This document shows, one piece after another, positions 25,328 to 38,032 of a DNA stretch of 64,000 nucleotides. Location: the NCBI RefSeq assembly GCF_001194135.2, contig NC_068989.1:2080900-2144899 (forward strand). Reading direction: 5' to 3'. How positions within the stretch are numbered: the first letter of the stretch is position 1; every line of letters starts with the position of its first letter. This stretch comes from Octopus bimaculoides. Taxonomy: Eukaryota. The notes beneath the pieces are model-generated. The model searched no databases. It was not told where the DNA came from and was given only the letters and a program-made list of their open reading frames with translations. Position numbers and translations under genes: made by a program.

Positions 25328-25819
25328 AAGCTCAATCTATACATTTTCTATGTATGAAGTAAGATGATGTGTTTCTCCATGTGTTTGTGTAATTATATTG
25401 GTTTCATGCTTTTGTGGCCCACGTGTATTAGTTTGCATTTATGTAAGTATGTGCGTGTCTTCGTTTGTTTGTGTGCATTTATTTAAAAACTTTCCAGAAT
25501 TATTTCTGACAAAACAACGATGACAATGTACACATATTTTCTTTAGCAAGTAATAGATATATTGGTCTATAATTACATCTATTCATTCATGAGAAACCGT
25601 ACGCCATTTAATTGTTTTCGGTATTTTCTTTCAGAAATTGAAGACCTACCAAGAGACTGGAGTTTGGTGAACAAGTGACAACCTTGAAATGAAATCTGAA
25701 TTAACGATTTTTGATTGAATTTCCTTACAATGACAAAGTGATGGTTTTTGTTGTCCGATATTATTATCTAACTGGCATCGGTTGATTTGAAGTATCGCCA
25801 GAGTTTCGGATACGAAGGC

Positions 25820-25935
25820 ACGTGACCATGTGGTGTGGATATTTGACTAAAAATTATAATGACGCGGGTTCAATTTCTGAATTGCGTGCTGAGTTGTGTT
25901 CTTGAACAAGGCCCTTTATTTCATATTGCTTCAGA
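25820..25935 (+). mobile_element. Diverged SINE family C 5' part
   Basis: B-box-like GGGTTCAATTTC then GTTGTGTTCTTGAACAAGGCCCTTTATTTCATATTGCT, as in 42261-42380. Confidence 0.65.
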
Positions 25936-26444
25936 ATGTTCAGCTTAAAATGAATGTCAACCGATAGTGTAGCTCTGTCTCTTTCTCTCTTTAGTTGTCA
26001 CATTTTGGTTGTATCGCTGGATCAAAGAGTAGGAGAGTCGAAAGAATGTTCAGATTTACTCGCATCTACATACGCTTCTAAAACATTTAACGATACCGCA
26101 GTAAATGCTTCCAAACCGTCGGTGGGGACAGCTAGCCCCCCCCCGTTTCTCAGCGTGTTGGATTTAATGTTGTACTGCATTTAGTTATAGTCGATGTCAT
26201 TCTAATTTTAAATCCCGATGATATTTTCCGTTTATATTTGTGAGGTAACTAAAATGAAATAGTTGTTTGGCACTGAAGTTGGTTTATATTTATGTTTGAT
26301 GAAAATAGATTTATAACTGAAGTGTAACGCACAGAATTTCAGAATAAGTAACAGTTGTTCGCCAATAACAAACCAATGAATGAGTCACTAGACATGGGCG
26401 AAATATCTGATAGTAAACCAAGATACGACTGTGAGCCAAAACAA

Positions 26445-26500
26445 GTCGGCGAGATAGCTGAATCGTTTGCACGCCGGACGAAATGCTTAGCAGTAATTCT
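26445..26500 (+). mobile_element. SINE family D head fragment
   Basis: GGCGAGATAGCTGAATCGTTTGCACGCCGGACGAAATGCTTAGC. Confidence 0.8.
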
Positions 26501-27130
26501 TCTTAGCATACCAATACCTCAATAATATCATTATCAATTTACGTACATTTTGATGGTCAATGGTTTACAACTTGAATTTACCCACCACAAACAAACAAGT
26601 GTTCGACTACCAATACTCCTATAATATCCTGCCGTGCCCTAATACAGGTGGCCCTCGTTTTTCTACCCCACATATGTTCTTGGACAGCTGTTACTATAAC
26701 TGCAGTGTTTCAATTAGCCACCGTCCACTGTTATCCACAATGCCATCTTTTTCTAAATAGAATAAACTATACACCAATACGCCATCTGCACCAACCTCTA
26801 AAACTGGCGACATACAAAAAAATATCACCAACAATATAAATCAAATAATATATAATATGCAATATTTGTAATACACAATAGAACAAATGTACGTATGTTA
26901 ATATTGAGGTGTGTGCATGCACTTATATGTGTAAGTGCATAGATATACGTTTACTCTTGTACCATTGCTATCACTTCATTAGATGTATGTGTATGTGTGT
27001 ATGTGTGTGATGCATACATGTCTCGAGTTTATCAAGTCTCTAAAGTAAGGATGGCGGCGACGAGCACATAAAATGGTTTCAGGACAAGTAGCACATAATT
27101 TAATTCATAATACATTTTCATTGCGTATCT

Positions 27131-27325
27131 AAAAATCAAAACACAAAGACACTGATTCGGAGGAAGAACTTAATTGTTATTTTGCATTTAAAGTCAAAAC
27201 TCAAGAAAGATACAATTTAAAGGAACTACATAATTGTTATTCTTTACTTACAGTCAAAACAATTGGAAATATGTAGTTTTTAAGGAAGTACATAATAAAT
27301 ATTTTGCATCAAAAATCAAAACTGA
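27131..27325. repeat. Degenerate tandem repeat of about 60 bp, about 3.3 copies
   Basis: Recurring (G/A)TCAAAAC...AGGAA(C/G)TACATAAT..TATTTTGCAT with period 59-61. Confidence 0.7.
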
Positions 27326-28849
27326 ATGAACTCATAAATATAAACCATGTTTAATATGAAAACAACACAAAAATTTATTCTTTGAATCATTCAATATTTT
27401 AACTGTAAAATGAAAACCAAACAATGCGGAATGATAGTTGTTTGCAGTATCTAGAACTACTTCTTTCATCAAGGCATCATGCCGGCAAAGCTGTATGTTA
27501 TTTTACTATAAACTCTTTCATTAGCAAATATCCTTCGCTGGAGAACAAAGCTAACTTAGACTCTCTGTCATCACTAATTGGCGAAGACAAAGTATGGTTT
27601 ATACTTGTGTTGGCAAGCGTGTCTATCTGCAACTGCACTAGTTTAGAATATGTATTGCAAGCATATTAACAATGGAGACAATTAATGATAAATGAAGCAC
27701 ATCATTATCAATTTAAGTACATTTTGATGGTCAATGGTCTACAATTTGAATTTACCCACCACAAGTACGTGCCTGAATGAATGAAACTTCTGTGCAATTC
27801 TAGATCTACACTGAATCATATCTGATTAGATTACTTGTTTCTTAAATATTCTAAACTCTTCAATTTATCAGTATTGTCAAAATATTGATATTTTGAATCA
27901 AACGCACTTAATTTGGTAGCTACATGTTTTAAAGTACTTAGATTTTCGCCGTTTATTTATAATAGAATTCAACAACGCTCAGTAGGATTCGGCTATGAAT
28001 TACATTCGGCCATCAACTATTTCTTCATACGATGTAATTTTAATAGCCGACCCAACTCGGCTGCTTCATTCTTGTGGCGTAACAGATCTTTTCGAGAAGT
28101 TCTTGGCACCCGACAAAACTGGAATAACGGGTCACAGAAATTTTAGCCTTAGCATATCTTCGCAGGTCTTGCTTTATTCCTCCTTCACGTCTTCATTCTG
28201 AACCGGTTTTCATTGAAATTTATTTCGCATATATTTTTTATCTTTAACAAAGCAATTAATTAAATGAAAAGCCGTCGTCACCTCTGATTTATTTTTGTAT
28301 AGAAGATATAGATAAATTGAAAACCAGGACTAGATATTCTTCCCGAATATTATAACAAACATGGCTTCTAAAATATGTAATATTTTTTGTGTGTCATTTG
28401 CTTCAGAGATACAAATTTAACCATACTATTCATTATTGTTTGTAGATTAATAACGATTTCTTTTAATGCTGGTTTTCTCTAGTGTTAGCGCAAAAGATAT
28501 ATGATACCGTTGTCCACTTGACACTGAACGATGAGAAAATCTACGAGGAAACAGCTGTAGACAATTTACAAAGTTACAAATAATATCTTTAGTTTCTATA
28601 CGAATGTCAACAAATAATTTTCATTAGACATGATTTTAGATATTTTTCAGGTATGTCTTGCACTTTAGACATTTTCCCCTAGCACGTACATTTATTGAGA
28701 TATTTTCATTTTTTTTAGAAATTGGTTTATCTCTTATATCATTTAAGATTCTATATTTCATCTAAGATTAAAGCATATCCTAACTAAACTATCAACATGA
28801 GTGGAGAAAGGGGGGGGGGAAAGGAAAATCAAGCAGGCCTTTTCTTATG

Positions 28850-29420
28850 TTTGCAGCTTAGATTCTTAGTTCTGTTACAAAGGAAACCAAAGTAAAACAG
28901 ATCCTTAAAAAGATACACGAGCTATATACAAGCAGAATCTTTTGCTTCTCGTCTGAAAAAAAGTTACTGCATATAGAAAATACAAAAGTGGGTTACTATA
29001 AAAATCGAAATTTCGATTTAGCTCTTTATACCAAAGTGGATGATATTGTTCTGACGTTGATGGACATTCTGCAAGTTTATCTAAAAGACATGTTGGAAGC
29101 TATAGAGTCATCATCTCGAAGTTTAAAAGCTAGAGTTATTTTAAATCTTAATTCAACATGAAGATCCTTGTTAACGTAACTCAATGCATTGATCACCATA
29201 GAATCTCTATGCAAATCTTAATAAAATTGCTTATGGTAAGAGATATGTAAAGAGAATTCACCATATACTGACGCTTTATATGTCTCTTACACAGGCAAGC
29301 TATTACAGAGCACCATAATGGAAGAGAATTCGCCAAACAGATCTTCATGCATTCCTGAAAGAAATATCTCCCAATTATATATTTTGGTTGATCTGAAGAA
29401 AATAAATTCACGACAACTTC
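28850..29420 (+). pseudogene. Possible hAT (Charlie/SPIN-like) transposase core relic
   Basis: One frame gives DVDGHSASL...VTQCIDHHRI...CLLHR, and a shifted frame gives DLHAFLKE, echoing DGA.SM / HC..H / LLH / EI..FL. Confidence 0.35.
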
Positions 29421-29695
29421 AACTTAAACTTGGAATAATGAAGAAAAAGAATTCAAGTATGCTACAATTTCCCTGAGAATACTTCTAAAATGTAAAATTA
29501 GAGAGATTTTATTAAACATAAAATAGTAAAGGTATCATAAAACAAAACTTTTAATGCGAAGAGACAGTTTGTGAGTTGAAAGTTTGGCATGCATCCAAAT
29601 GCGTTTCTACATGTAGAATTGTTATGAAATATTAAACAGGAAATGCATAAATATACATAATCATGAAACTGACTTGCTTAGAACAACGGAAGAAA

Positions 29696-30045
29696 CTTGC
29701 TTCAGTCATTAGACTGCGGCCATGCTAGAGCACCGACTTGAAGAATTTGTAAACCTGGTACTTACTCTATTGATGTCTGTTGCAGAATCGCTAAGTTACG
29801 GGGAGGTAAACACACCAACACCGGTTGTCAAGCGGTGGTGAAGGACAATCACAAAGAAAGATACACACACACATATATACACGACAGGATTCTTTCAGTT
29901 TCCGTCTGCCAATTCCACTTACAAGGCTTTGGTCGGCCCAAGGCTATAATAGAAGACACCTCCTCATGGTCCTTTGTAGAGGGACTGAACTCGGAACTAT
30001 GTGATTAGGAAGCAAACTTTTTACCACGCAACCACGCCTGCACCT
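29696..30045 (-). mobile_element. SINE family A, near full length
   Basis: Colinear with 596-975 and with the reverse complement of 7614-7988. Confidence 0.92.
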
Positions 30046-30384
30046 GTCCTTATTCTTATATTTGAATTAAATATACTTCTTCTTCCCTCCCTCCCTCTCT
30101 CCTCTCTTTCCCTCCCACTTACTCTCTTTCTGATTGAAAATGAAGAAGATAATCGTCAACTTCCTCCTTAGTGAACCACATGTAAAAAGATCAATAATTG
30201 ATTATCGAACACTTTGAGCTAACGACACACAATATGTCAAATCAAGCTGCGTCTACATGTAGAATTGTTATGAAATATTAAACAGGAAATGCATAAATAG
30301 TTTATTGTTTGAGGCCTCTTACGTCTATGATAATTTGAAAGAAACGAAAGAAAACCATGTCTCTTCGTAAATACAACTATTTCA

Positions 30385-30430
30385 CACACGCACACACACA
30401 CTCAAATACACACACACACACACACACACA

Positions 30431-30470
<40 letters not shown>

Positions 30471-30552
30471 CACACACACACACTCAAATACACACATACA
30501 TAAACAGACAGATAGACACACAGACAAACACAAAGACACACACACACACACA
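30385..30552. repeat. (CA)n-rich microsatellite
   Basis: Direct reading. Confidence 0.95.
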
Positions 30553-31772
30553 GATGCATCTCTCTATATAATCACAAAATAAATGATCAGAAACAATAAA
30601 AGACACGTAATAGAACAAACAAACACGAAAATTAATCGCTAAAGATTCCGGCAAATTTAGATTCGACGCATTTTGCATGCATGCATGCATACATGCGTGT
30701 ATGCATGTTTGTACACGTTTTCTGTTTTTAATTTTTAATTGAAGTTTTCCTGTCAAGAAAGAGCTGGTTTCTAACAAAGATACCAATCACTATCGCTGGA
30801 ATATTATAAACAAAAAACAAATTCACGTTTTGAACTTGAGAAAATCTTGCTCGGGATAGTAAGTTTTTAGTATTCCGCTTACAGATTTTATTTGTAATCT
30901 GCGTGTAAGATGTTTGGTTTCCTTTTCCGAAAGCCCTAGCTTTTCCAGATTGTCACTTGGCCATTTGCTTACGAAACCAAGCGCAACAGTTGTTGGTATA
31001 AATGTGAAATTATAATCTCGCTATAGAAGCTGATTTTTTTGCACACAGAGACGCATGCATTTATGTATGTATGTATGTATGTATGTATGTATGTATGTAT
31101 GTATGTATGTATGAGTGGAAGAAACCCAAGGGACAGCCTATTCTATATTAATTCGTAAAGGTATTTCTACGCTTTTTTTAACGCGTGTAACGATTTTAAA
31201 ATATATATTATTGTATAAATTCTTTTAAAAGAATGTTCGTCCTGCTCAATTAATTTTTTCACAGGACTATGTACATTTACATAATCCTGTGCGCGTGTGT
31301 ATGTGCGTGTGGTGGGTATGTGTGTATGTTTAGTGTAAGTGTACTAAATAGCGATTTGTTCATTCCTAGTTTCTAATTAAGATATTTAAATTTGATATTT
31401 TAAATATACATTTTATGACAATTCAGCACAATCTAATAAATTTGATTTGGAGAAAACATTGTTATAACTTAATTAATACAAATCAACACCTAATTACGTA
31501 ACAGATACAAAGAAATGCTAGAACCAGAATTCAGTTTCTCTTGATTTAACCAGAATTAGATTTTCGCTAGCTTTAATTAATAATTAACTTAAGTTTAGAT
31601 GACATTATAAACAGTAACTTGAGGCAGAAAAGAGCAACTGCTTATACCATTACTACACAGATGTTAATTCAAATGCAGAGCTAGTTTTGACGGATATATG
31701 TTGTTTTTCGTAGAATTAACTGTATTTCATTGGCTATTTAATGATAATACGTCCTCCTAATAAGAATAAACA

Positions 31773-31944
31773 GGCACGACGTCGGTTACACCGACAAGCG
31801 TTCCAGTTGATCCGAACAATGGAACAGCCAGCTCGTGAAATTAACGTGCAAGTGGCTGAGCATTCGACAAATTTAAGATAGTTTCGCAGGGAGATTCAGT
31901 TCGACACCATGTGACAAAGCTGGTCCTTTGAATTACAGGTACAA
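31773..31944 (-). mobile_element. SINE family B/C 3' part
   Basis: TTCCAGTTGATCCGA..GGAACAGCC.GCTCGTGAAATTAACGTGCAAGTGGCTGAGCA. Confidence 0.88.
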
Positions 31945-32309
31945 GTAATTTTTGAGCCGCCATATTGGATCATTAACTACAACAATAAAATGTAAGGAGA
32001 AAATTTAGTTTTACACCTCACCAAATTTAGACAAAAATTCATGAAACTTTATGGCAATTCTTCACACCGAGATTTTGAGGGAAAGGTAATCACTTTAAAA
32101 CATGAACTGAGGACGATGAGTGAGAAACTCCGCTATCGCAAGCGAATTTTTGAGCGAACCAGTATCAATCGCAAGTTTGCTTCCAATGAGATTCCTATCA
32201 AGGAGCCTTGGATCTAGGTTAGAAACAGGCTCTTTCTCTATTGGTAAGAAATCTTGAAATAGTACTGAAGAATGACATATACATACATACATGCATACAT
32301 GCATACATG

Positions 32310-32312
32310 TGA

Positions 32313-32368
<56 letters not shown>

Positions 32369-32385
32369 TAGAGAAAGAAAGAGAT

Positions 32386-32445
<60 letters not shown>
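32310..32445. repeat. (GA)n-(GATA)n compound microsatellite
   Basis: Direct reading. Confidence 0.97.
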
Positions 32446-32789
32446 GGAGCTTATGTTGTTTGTGTTTGGTACGCAGCATCTGTTCTACTATTTATAATTT
32501 ATAGCTATTTAAAAAGAAGGAAATATGTAAAATTGGTTAAAAAAGAACAAAAACACAAAACAAAAACAATTGTACATTGAATTACATTTGAATTCGAAAT
32601 GAGTTTATTTTGCCTTCATTGAACGTCTGGCACACTTCGACACAATATTCTCATTTGAATGAAACTAAATATATTTCTATACAGTATGAATTAATTATAA
32701 TTAATTATATAGTATGAATTAATTATATTTATAGTCATTTTAACCTATTAGCATTCAGATTACTCTGTCAAATGTAATATTTTGCTTTA

Positions 32790-32927
32790 TTCTTTTACTT
32801 GTTTCAGTCGTTTGACTGCGGCCATGCTGGAGCACCGTCTGGAAGAATTTTTAGCCGAATGACTCGATCCCAGTACTTATTAAGACCTGGTATTTATTCT
32901 ATCAGAAACTTTTGCCGAACCGCTAAG
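32790..32927 (-). mobile_element. SINE family A 3' part
   Basis: GTTTCAGTCGTTTGACTGCGGCCATGCTGGAGCACC...GCCGAACCGCTAAG. Confidence 0.9.
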
Positions 32928-32929
32928 AA

Positions 32930-33072
32930 ATGAGAAAATTCCAGGAAAAGTGGACAAATGATTATTTATTTATTGAAGTAAAAAATAATGCAATGCGTTT
33001 GATATGTTTGGAATCTGTCTCCACTTTTAAAGAATTGAATATTAAGCACTACACTTCAAAACATGAGAATTA
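32930..33072 (+). pseudogene. hAT SPIN/Charlie-type transposase N-terminal zinc-finger fragment
   Basis: RKFQEKWTNDYLFIEVKNNAMRLICLESVSTFKELNIKHYTSKHENY parallels the R.FQEKW...YFF.EV....CLIC......KEYN..RHY...H motif of SPIN/GTF2IRD2-type transposases. Confidence 0.8.
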
Positions 33073-33763
33073 TACAAGAGTTTGGTATCATGATGTGAGT
33101 TTTATTGCCAGCTATTTTACTGATAGGTCAATCGTTCCTTTATTGCGTCCACTGAACACTATGTGCCGAGCAAGAAACTTAATCCAACAATAAGTTTATA
33201 TTATTGGAAGATAAAGTTTTAATGATTGGTACCTTTTGATTCCCATGAAAATTAGTCGGAACACGAAAGATAATTCCCTGCAGTAACACTTGTAGTATTG
33301 TAATCAATTCTTACCACGTTTATAATTCTTAATTAGATTGATATTGTATCCAGAGGACAAAGATCTGATATCCACTGCATTTGATAGCAATGGCAGTACA
33401 TAAATTTATTTTTAACATGGAAATGTGCAAAAAATATTGGAAAATTATTTTCGTTTGAGTTTATTTCTAATCAGTTTTGGCTCCACTTAGTTTCCTTTCG
33501 CTCTGCACAACTGCAGTGATTCTTTCGTCATGGATCCAGTTTCCTTTGGTAATGTTAAAAGTTGGCTGCTGCTGTCGCAGATTGGAACTGATTAAGCAGA
33601 TCTTAATCTGGTCAACAGATCTGGTCACAGCCTGCAGATCTGTTGCTCCAGATATATCATATCTTTGTCAAGGTAAGTACGATATTCAGATAAACAGCTG
33701 TTACTCGGATGGAGTTCAGTACGACAGTCTTGATATGCTTTACTCTATCCACTGCCCTCTCTA

Positions 33764-33887
33764 GAACTCCGTCGCTTTCGACGACCATGGTTCTAGTTCA
33801 CCCGATCCATGGAACATCCTGCAAGTAGCTGAGCACTCCACAGACACTCGTGCTCTTAACGTAGTTCTCAGAGAGATTCAGCGTGAC
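33764..33887 (-). mobile_element. SINE family B/C 3' part
   Basis: GCTGAGCACTCCACAGACAC.CGTG..CTTAACGTAGTTCTC is the reverse complement of the tail. Confidence 0.82.
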
Positions 33888-34751
33888 CACTCAGGTACTG
33901 GGGTCAATGCAATCGACTTGTTCTCCTCACCTCAAAATTTGAAGTATTTTTACCAATGTTAAATCAGTTTTATGCGGTGGGTAAATAACCAACTGCCTAA
34001 TTCGACCTAAGCATAATTCTGTAACTACAGTGTATCTTTCCTGATGACTAAAGATTGTTTTCTTACTAACGACACTTACCCAATGTCTGCTAATGATATC
34101 TTTTAACTCTCTTCTGCTAATGATATTTCTTAACTCCCTTCTACTAAAATAAATTTAGGAATGGCAGAATGAAACAGAGTTTCTTTTTAATTTTTCTGTT
34201 ACAAAAATGAGCAAGACCATGTTTGTAAAAAAATGCCACGCGTCTTAACTAAATATTTATTTGACAACAGCATAAAAAAAGTTAAATAAGACATCAACTA
34301 ACTGAAGTATATCCAGCATCATTGGTCTGAACATCCACGGTATCTTTCTCTCCTCGCTGTTCGCCCACTGCTCGAATATAAAGCAGTTTATTATATTATT
34401 CTAAAATCAAAATAAAATAACTTCAATATACTACTATATTATACTGCTACAAAGCAGGTTATTATATAAATTTAAAAACGCTTTTCTTTTTGAAATAGAA
34501 TATGTCAGACATTTTAAAAGAATTATTATGATATTCACAGTTCCTGAAAAATCATTTGGCGACTATATGTGTTTTTAAATAATTTTTCGTGTGGTTTCGT
34601 TTTGTTTACAACTGTTTTAATGAGCGATGCTGTTTATGCTTCCCAGTGATGCGTAAGTCGTTGATTTTGTTATTATTGCTTCTGATTTAAAACTAAACTG
34701 CCAAAGAAGAATTTCAATGTTGACAGTATCTCAGAAGCAGAGCTCTCTCTC

Positions 34752-34800
<49 letters not shown>

Positions 34801-35604
34801 NNNNNNNNNNNNNNNNNNNNNNNNNNNNNNNNNNNNNNNNNNNNNNNNNNNNNNNNNNNNNNNNNNNNNNNNNNNNNNNNNNNNNNNNNNNNNNNNNNNN
34901 NNNNNNNNNNNNNNNNNNNNNNNNNNNNNNNTATATATATATTCACATACATACACATACATACCTACATACATACATACATACCTTCTGTCTTGCAAAG
35001 CTCGTTATATCAATAAAAATAAAAACACGCACTGGTTCAGTATCACTTCTTTATTGTTAGTCAATCTTGTAATCTTGTAAGCAAAATACAAAAACAAAAA
35101 TACACACACACATTTGTGTAATGTGTTTGTGTGTATATATATATGAACGTATAGATATAAACACCTACTACATGTGCATATGCACACGCATGCGTGTGTG
35201 TGTATATATGTTTATTGAGAGGTAGAGAAAGATAGATAGATAAATACATGTATGCATACATACATATGTGCGTACATACATACTTGCATACATACACGCA
35301 TACATATATACATACATACATGCATGCAGACATACATATATACATGTATGCATACATACACACATGCAGACATACATACATAAATTACATACATAAATTA
35401 CATACATAAATTACATACATAGATGCCTACAGCTGCACAAAGCGATGGGAGAGCTGTGTCACCATTGGCGGTGGCCATGTAGAAAAGGACTAATAACTAT
35501 GCCAAGTTTCGTTTATCCCAGTCCTTGGGAAGTGGGTCAGGGGAAATCGTTAATGAAAGCCCTTCGTACATACATGCATAGATTACATATATACATAAAT
35601 ACAC

Positions 35605-35987
35605 GTGGAGGCGCGATGGCCCAGTGGTTAGGGCAGCGGACTCGCGGTCGTACGATCGCGGTTTCGATTCCCAGACCGGTCTTTGTGAGTATTTATTGAG
35701 CGGAAACACCTAAAGCTCCGCGAGTCTCCGGCAGGAGTTTAGTTGCGAACCCTGCTGTATTTTGTCATCACAACTTCCTCTCACTCTTTTATCCTGTTTC
35801 TGTTGTACCCGTATTTCAAAGGGCCAACCTTGTCACACGCTGTGTCACGCTGAATCTCCCCAAGAACTACGTTAAGGGTACACGTGTCTGTGGAGTACTC
35901 AGCCACTTGCCCCGTTAATTTCACGAGCAGGCTGTTCCGTTGATCGGATCAACTAGAACCCTCGTCATTGTAACCGACGGAGTGCCA
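35605..35987 (+). mobile_element. tRNA-derived SINE family B, full length
   Basis: Head GGAGGCGCGATGGCCCAGTGGTTAGG (A box) and GGTTTCGATTCCC (B box). Tail shared with 22167, 31773, 33764 and 42261. Confidence 0.93.
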
Positions 35988-36224
35988 CGACTACATAAAT
36001 ACATACATGCATACATACATACAAACAGAGAGACAGATATATGCATATATTGAATGTGCGCATTAAAACTTATAGACAGATAATAATGTGTACTTTTCCT
36101 TTATTTTTGTTAATTGTTTTGTCCGGTGAAAAGGGCAGTGATCAAGACATCCGTTTGTTGTTTGTACACCCGTCTTCGTCTTTCGCCTTTTTTCTGTAAA
36201 TTCCAACTATATATATATAAGATT

Positions 36225-36400
36225 GGCAGGCATGACGATCGATTTCCAGTTAAAGCTTGCTGCAGGGGCATCTCGGGGCGGTTTGTGAGGAAAATACTGA
36301 CAGTTTTGAGAGTATCATGAAGAGAAAGGAAAACAGCAAATGAGAAAACCCTTCACTGCAGGTTTGGGAGGCAACGGAAAGAGCCCCTTGCTCGCTTTTT
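36225..36400 (+). pseudogene. RLE C-terminus of an R2/HERO-like non-LTR retrotransposon
   Basis: FPVKACCRGISGRFVRKILTVLRVS*RERKTA resembles FPVEVGCRGF...S..K.L..LG..GR.RK.A. Confidence 0.6.
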
Positions 36401-37146
36401 ACAAAGCCTTTGTTTCTTTAGCCGCATTCTCCCAGCCATAAACTGAATCATTTATAGCTACCTTCCTAATAACACATCCACTCCACTTCTGGTAACCCTT
36501 TCTATATTTCAACATTGATTTATTCCCTGTCCCTTTCCTCAAATATGTCACCCACTCCAATTAAAAGTATCCAATGTCGCTCTTTAGCATTTTTACCATC
36601 CTTGATCATACGTCAATTTCAAACAGTTTTCTTTCCTCTTAATTCAAAAGATCGATATTTCAGAAAAGTTGCCATACCAATCCACAGTTTCAGTATGTAC
36701 TTTTCGGTGAAACTTCGAGATCACTATCAATAAAATCGCAAGATAGTACATCGGCTTGAATATAAACGACAGTACTCTTTCCTCAAATCGAGGCCTTGTT
36801 GTACATAAACTTTGTTCTTGTGGGGGCGTTTAATTCGATGTCAAAATAATCCTGCGACTACAGAGCATAGTTCTGTATTAGCGCTACACCTTGACTTCGC
36901 CGTCCTGGTAGTGACACTTACTTAATGTCTGCTTATGACATCTGTTAATTCCCTTTAGATTTCTATTCAATTAAAACTTCACCTAAACAGAGTTTCTTTT
37001 TAGTTTTCTATCAGAATTTTAATACGTAGAAGACTTTACGAAAATTTGTCAGACGTCTAAACCAAATGTTACACACACACACGACTATGTATATATACAT
37101 ATTTGTATACATATATATAATATATATATATATGTATACAACACAC

Positions 37147-37195
<49 letters not shown>

Positions 37196-37364
37196 TATAT
37201 TTACAAACATATAGACGACACATTTATATATATATATATATATATATACGTATATATGCATACACACACATACATATATATGTGAGTGTATGTATGCATA
37301 TATCGCTGCATGTTTATAGTACATATATATATATATATATATACACACATACATACGTCCTTCC

Positions 37365-37650
37365 TCTTAAACCGGGTGATTCGTCGTGTGTATGGAGTGG
37401 AGGGATTTGCAAATCGATTTCAATTCCAAAATGCCATAGGACGGTTCGCAGGAATCTCCCAGAGTGATCGGATCAATCCAATGGAAGTTACAAGGTTACA
37501 TCTGTCACCAATACTGCAAACCATGCAGATCTGCAGTGGGACTGATTAGTCATCTGAGAAGTCATGGACGGAATGTCAGAAATGCCACTGACAGTGAGGG
37601 CGTTCAGAGAAAAGGCAGTCGTCTTCGGAGATAGGACACTCACCAGACAA
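37365..37650 (+). pseudogene. 3' end of an RTE-like LINE with C-terminal C2H2 finger
   Basis: YICHQYCKPCRSAVGLISHLRSHG (C..C.K.C.S..GL.SH.R.H). Confidence 0.55.
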
Positions 37651-37846
37651 TCACAAGTAAATAGTTGGCGCCCAAATCAGCGTACAACTCCACATCATAG
37701 AACGCAAGGAAAAATCAACATCAATTTTTAACCAGTTAATGTGAAGACCCTGAAGAAACGTTACCCGTACCATATTAAGGTCGCACTTGCAAAGGTTACT
37801 AGGTTACTAATCGATGCAGTAGAAACATGTGTAGGTTTATTTCCAG

Positions 37847-37900
<54 letters not shown>

Positions 37901-37939
37901 TAAGAAATTGAGTCAAACGAGGGTGTTATTCAAATCATT

Positions 37940-38032
37940 TATACTTCCAACATATGTTTCGAAAATAGCATTGAGATTATTCCGGAGGGAATGAAAATGA
38001 TGCAAAACAATACAATCATCTCGTCAGGGGAA
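37940..38032 (-). ncRNA. Hammerhead-like motif with extended stem II (Penelope-type end)
   Basis: Minus strand: CCC-CTGACGA (38027-21), 60-nt foldable insert, GAAA (37960-57), palindromic ACATATGT stem III, UU site. Stem I is weak. Confidence 0.45.

Noticed and set aside
33475-33672. Possible exon (TCAG| ... CAAG|GTAAGT) with open frame LAPLSFLSL...
   Set aside because: The peptide is unrecognisable and the sequence shares motifs with dispersed repeat fragments. Insufficient support.
35605-35680. tRNA-like sequences (also 7614, 42261, 61420)
   Set aside because: A/B boxes are present, but they continue into SINE bodies, have many diverged copies and give no convincing cloverleaf. They are SINE heads, not tRNA genes.
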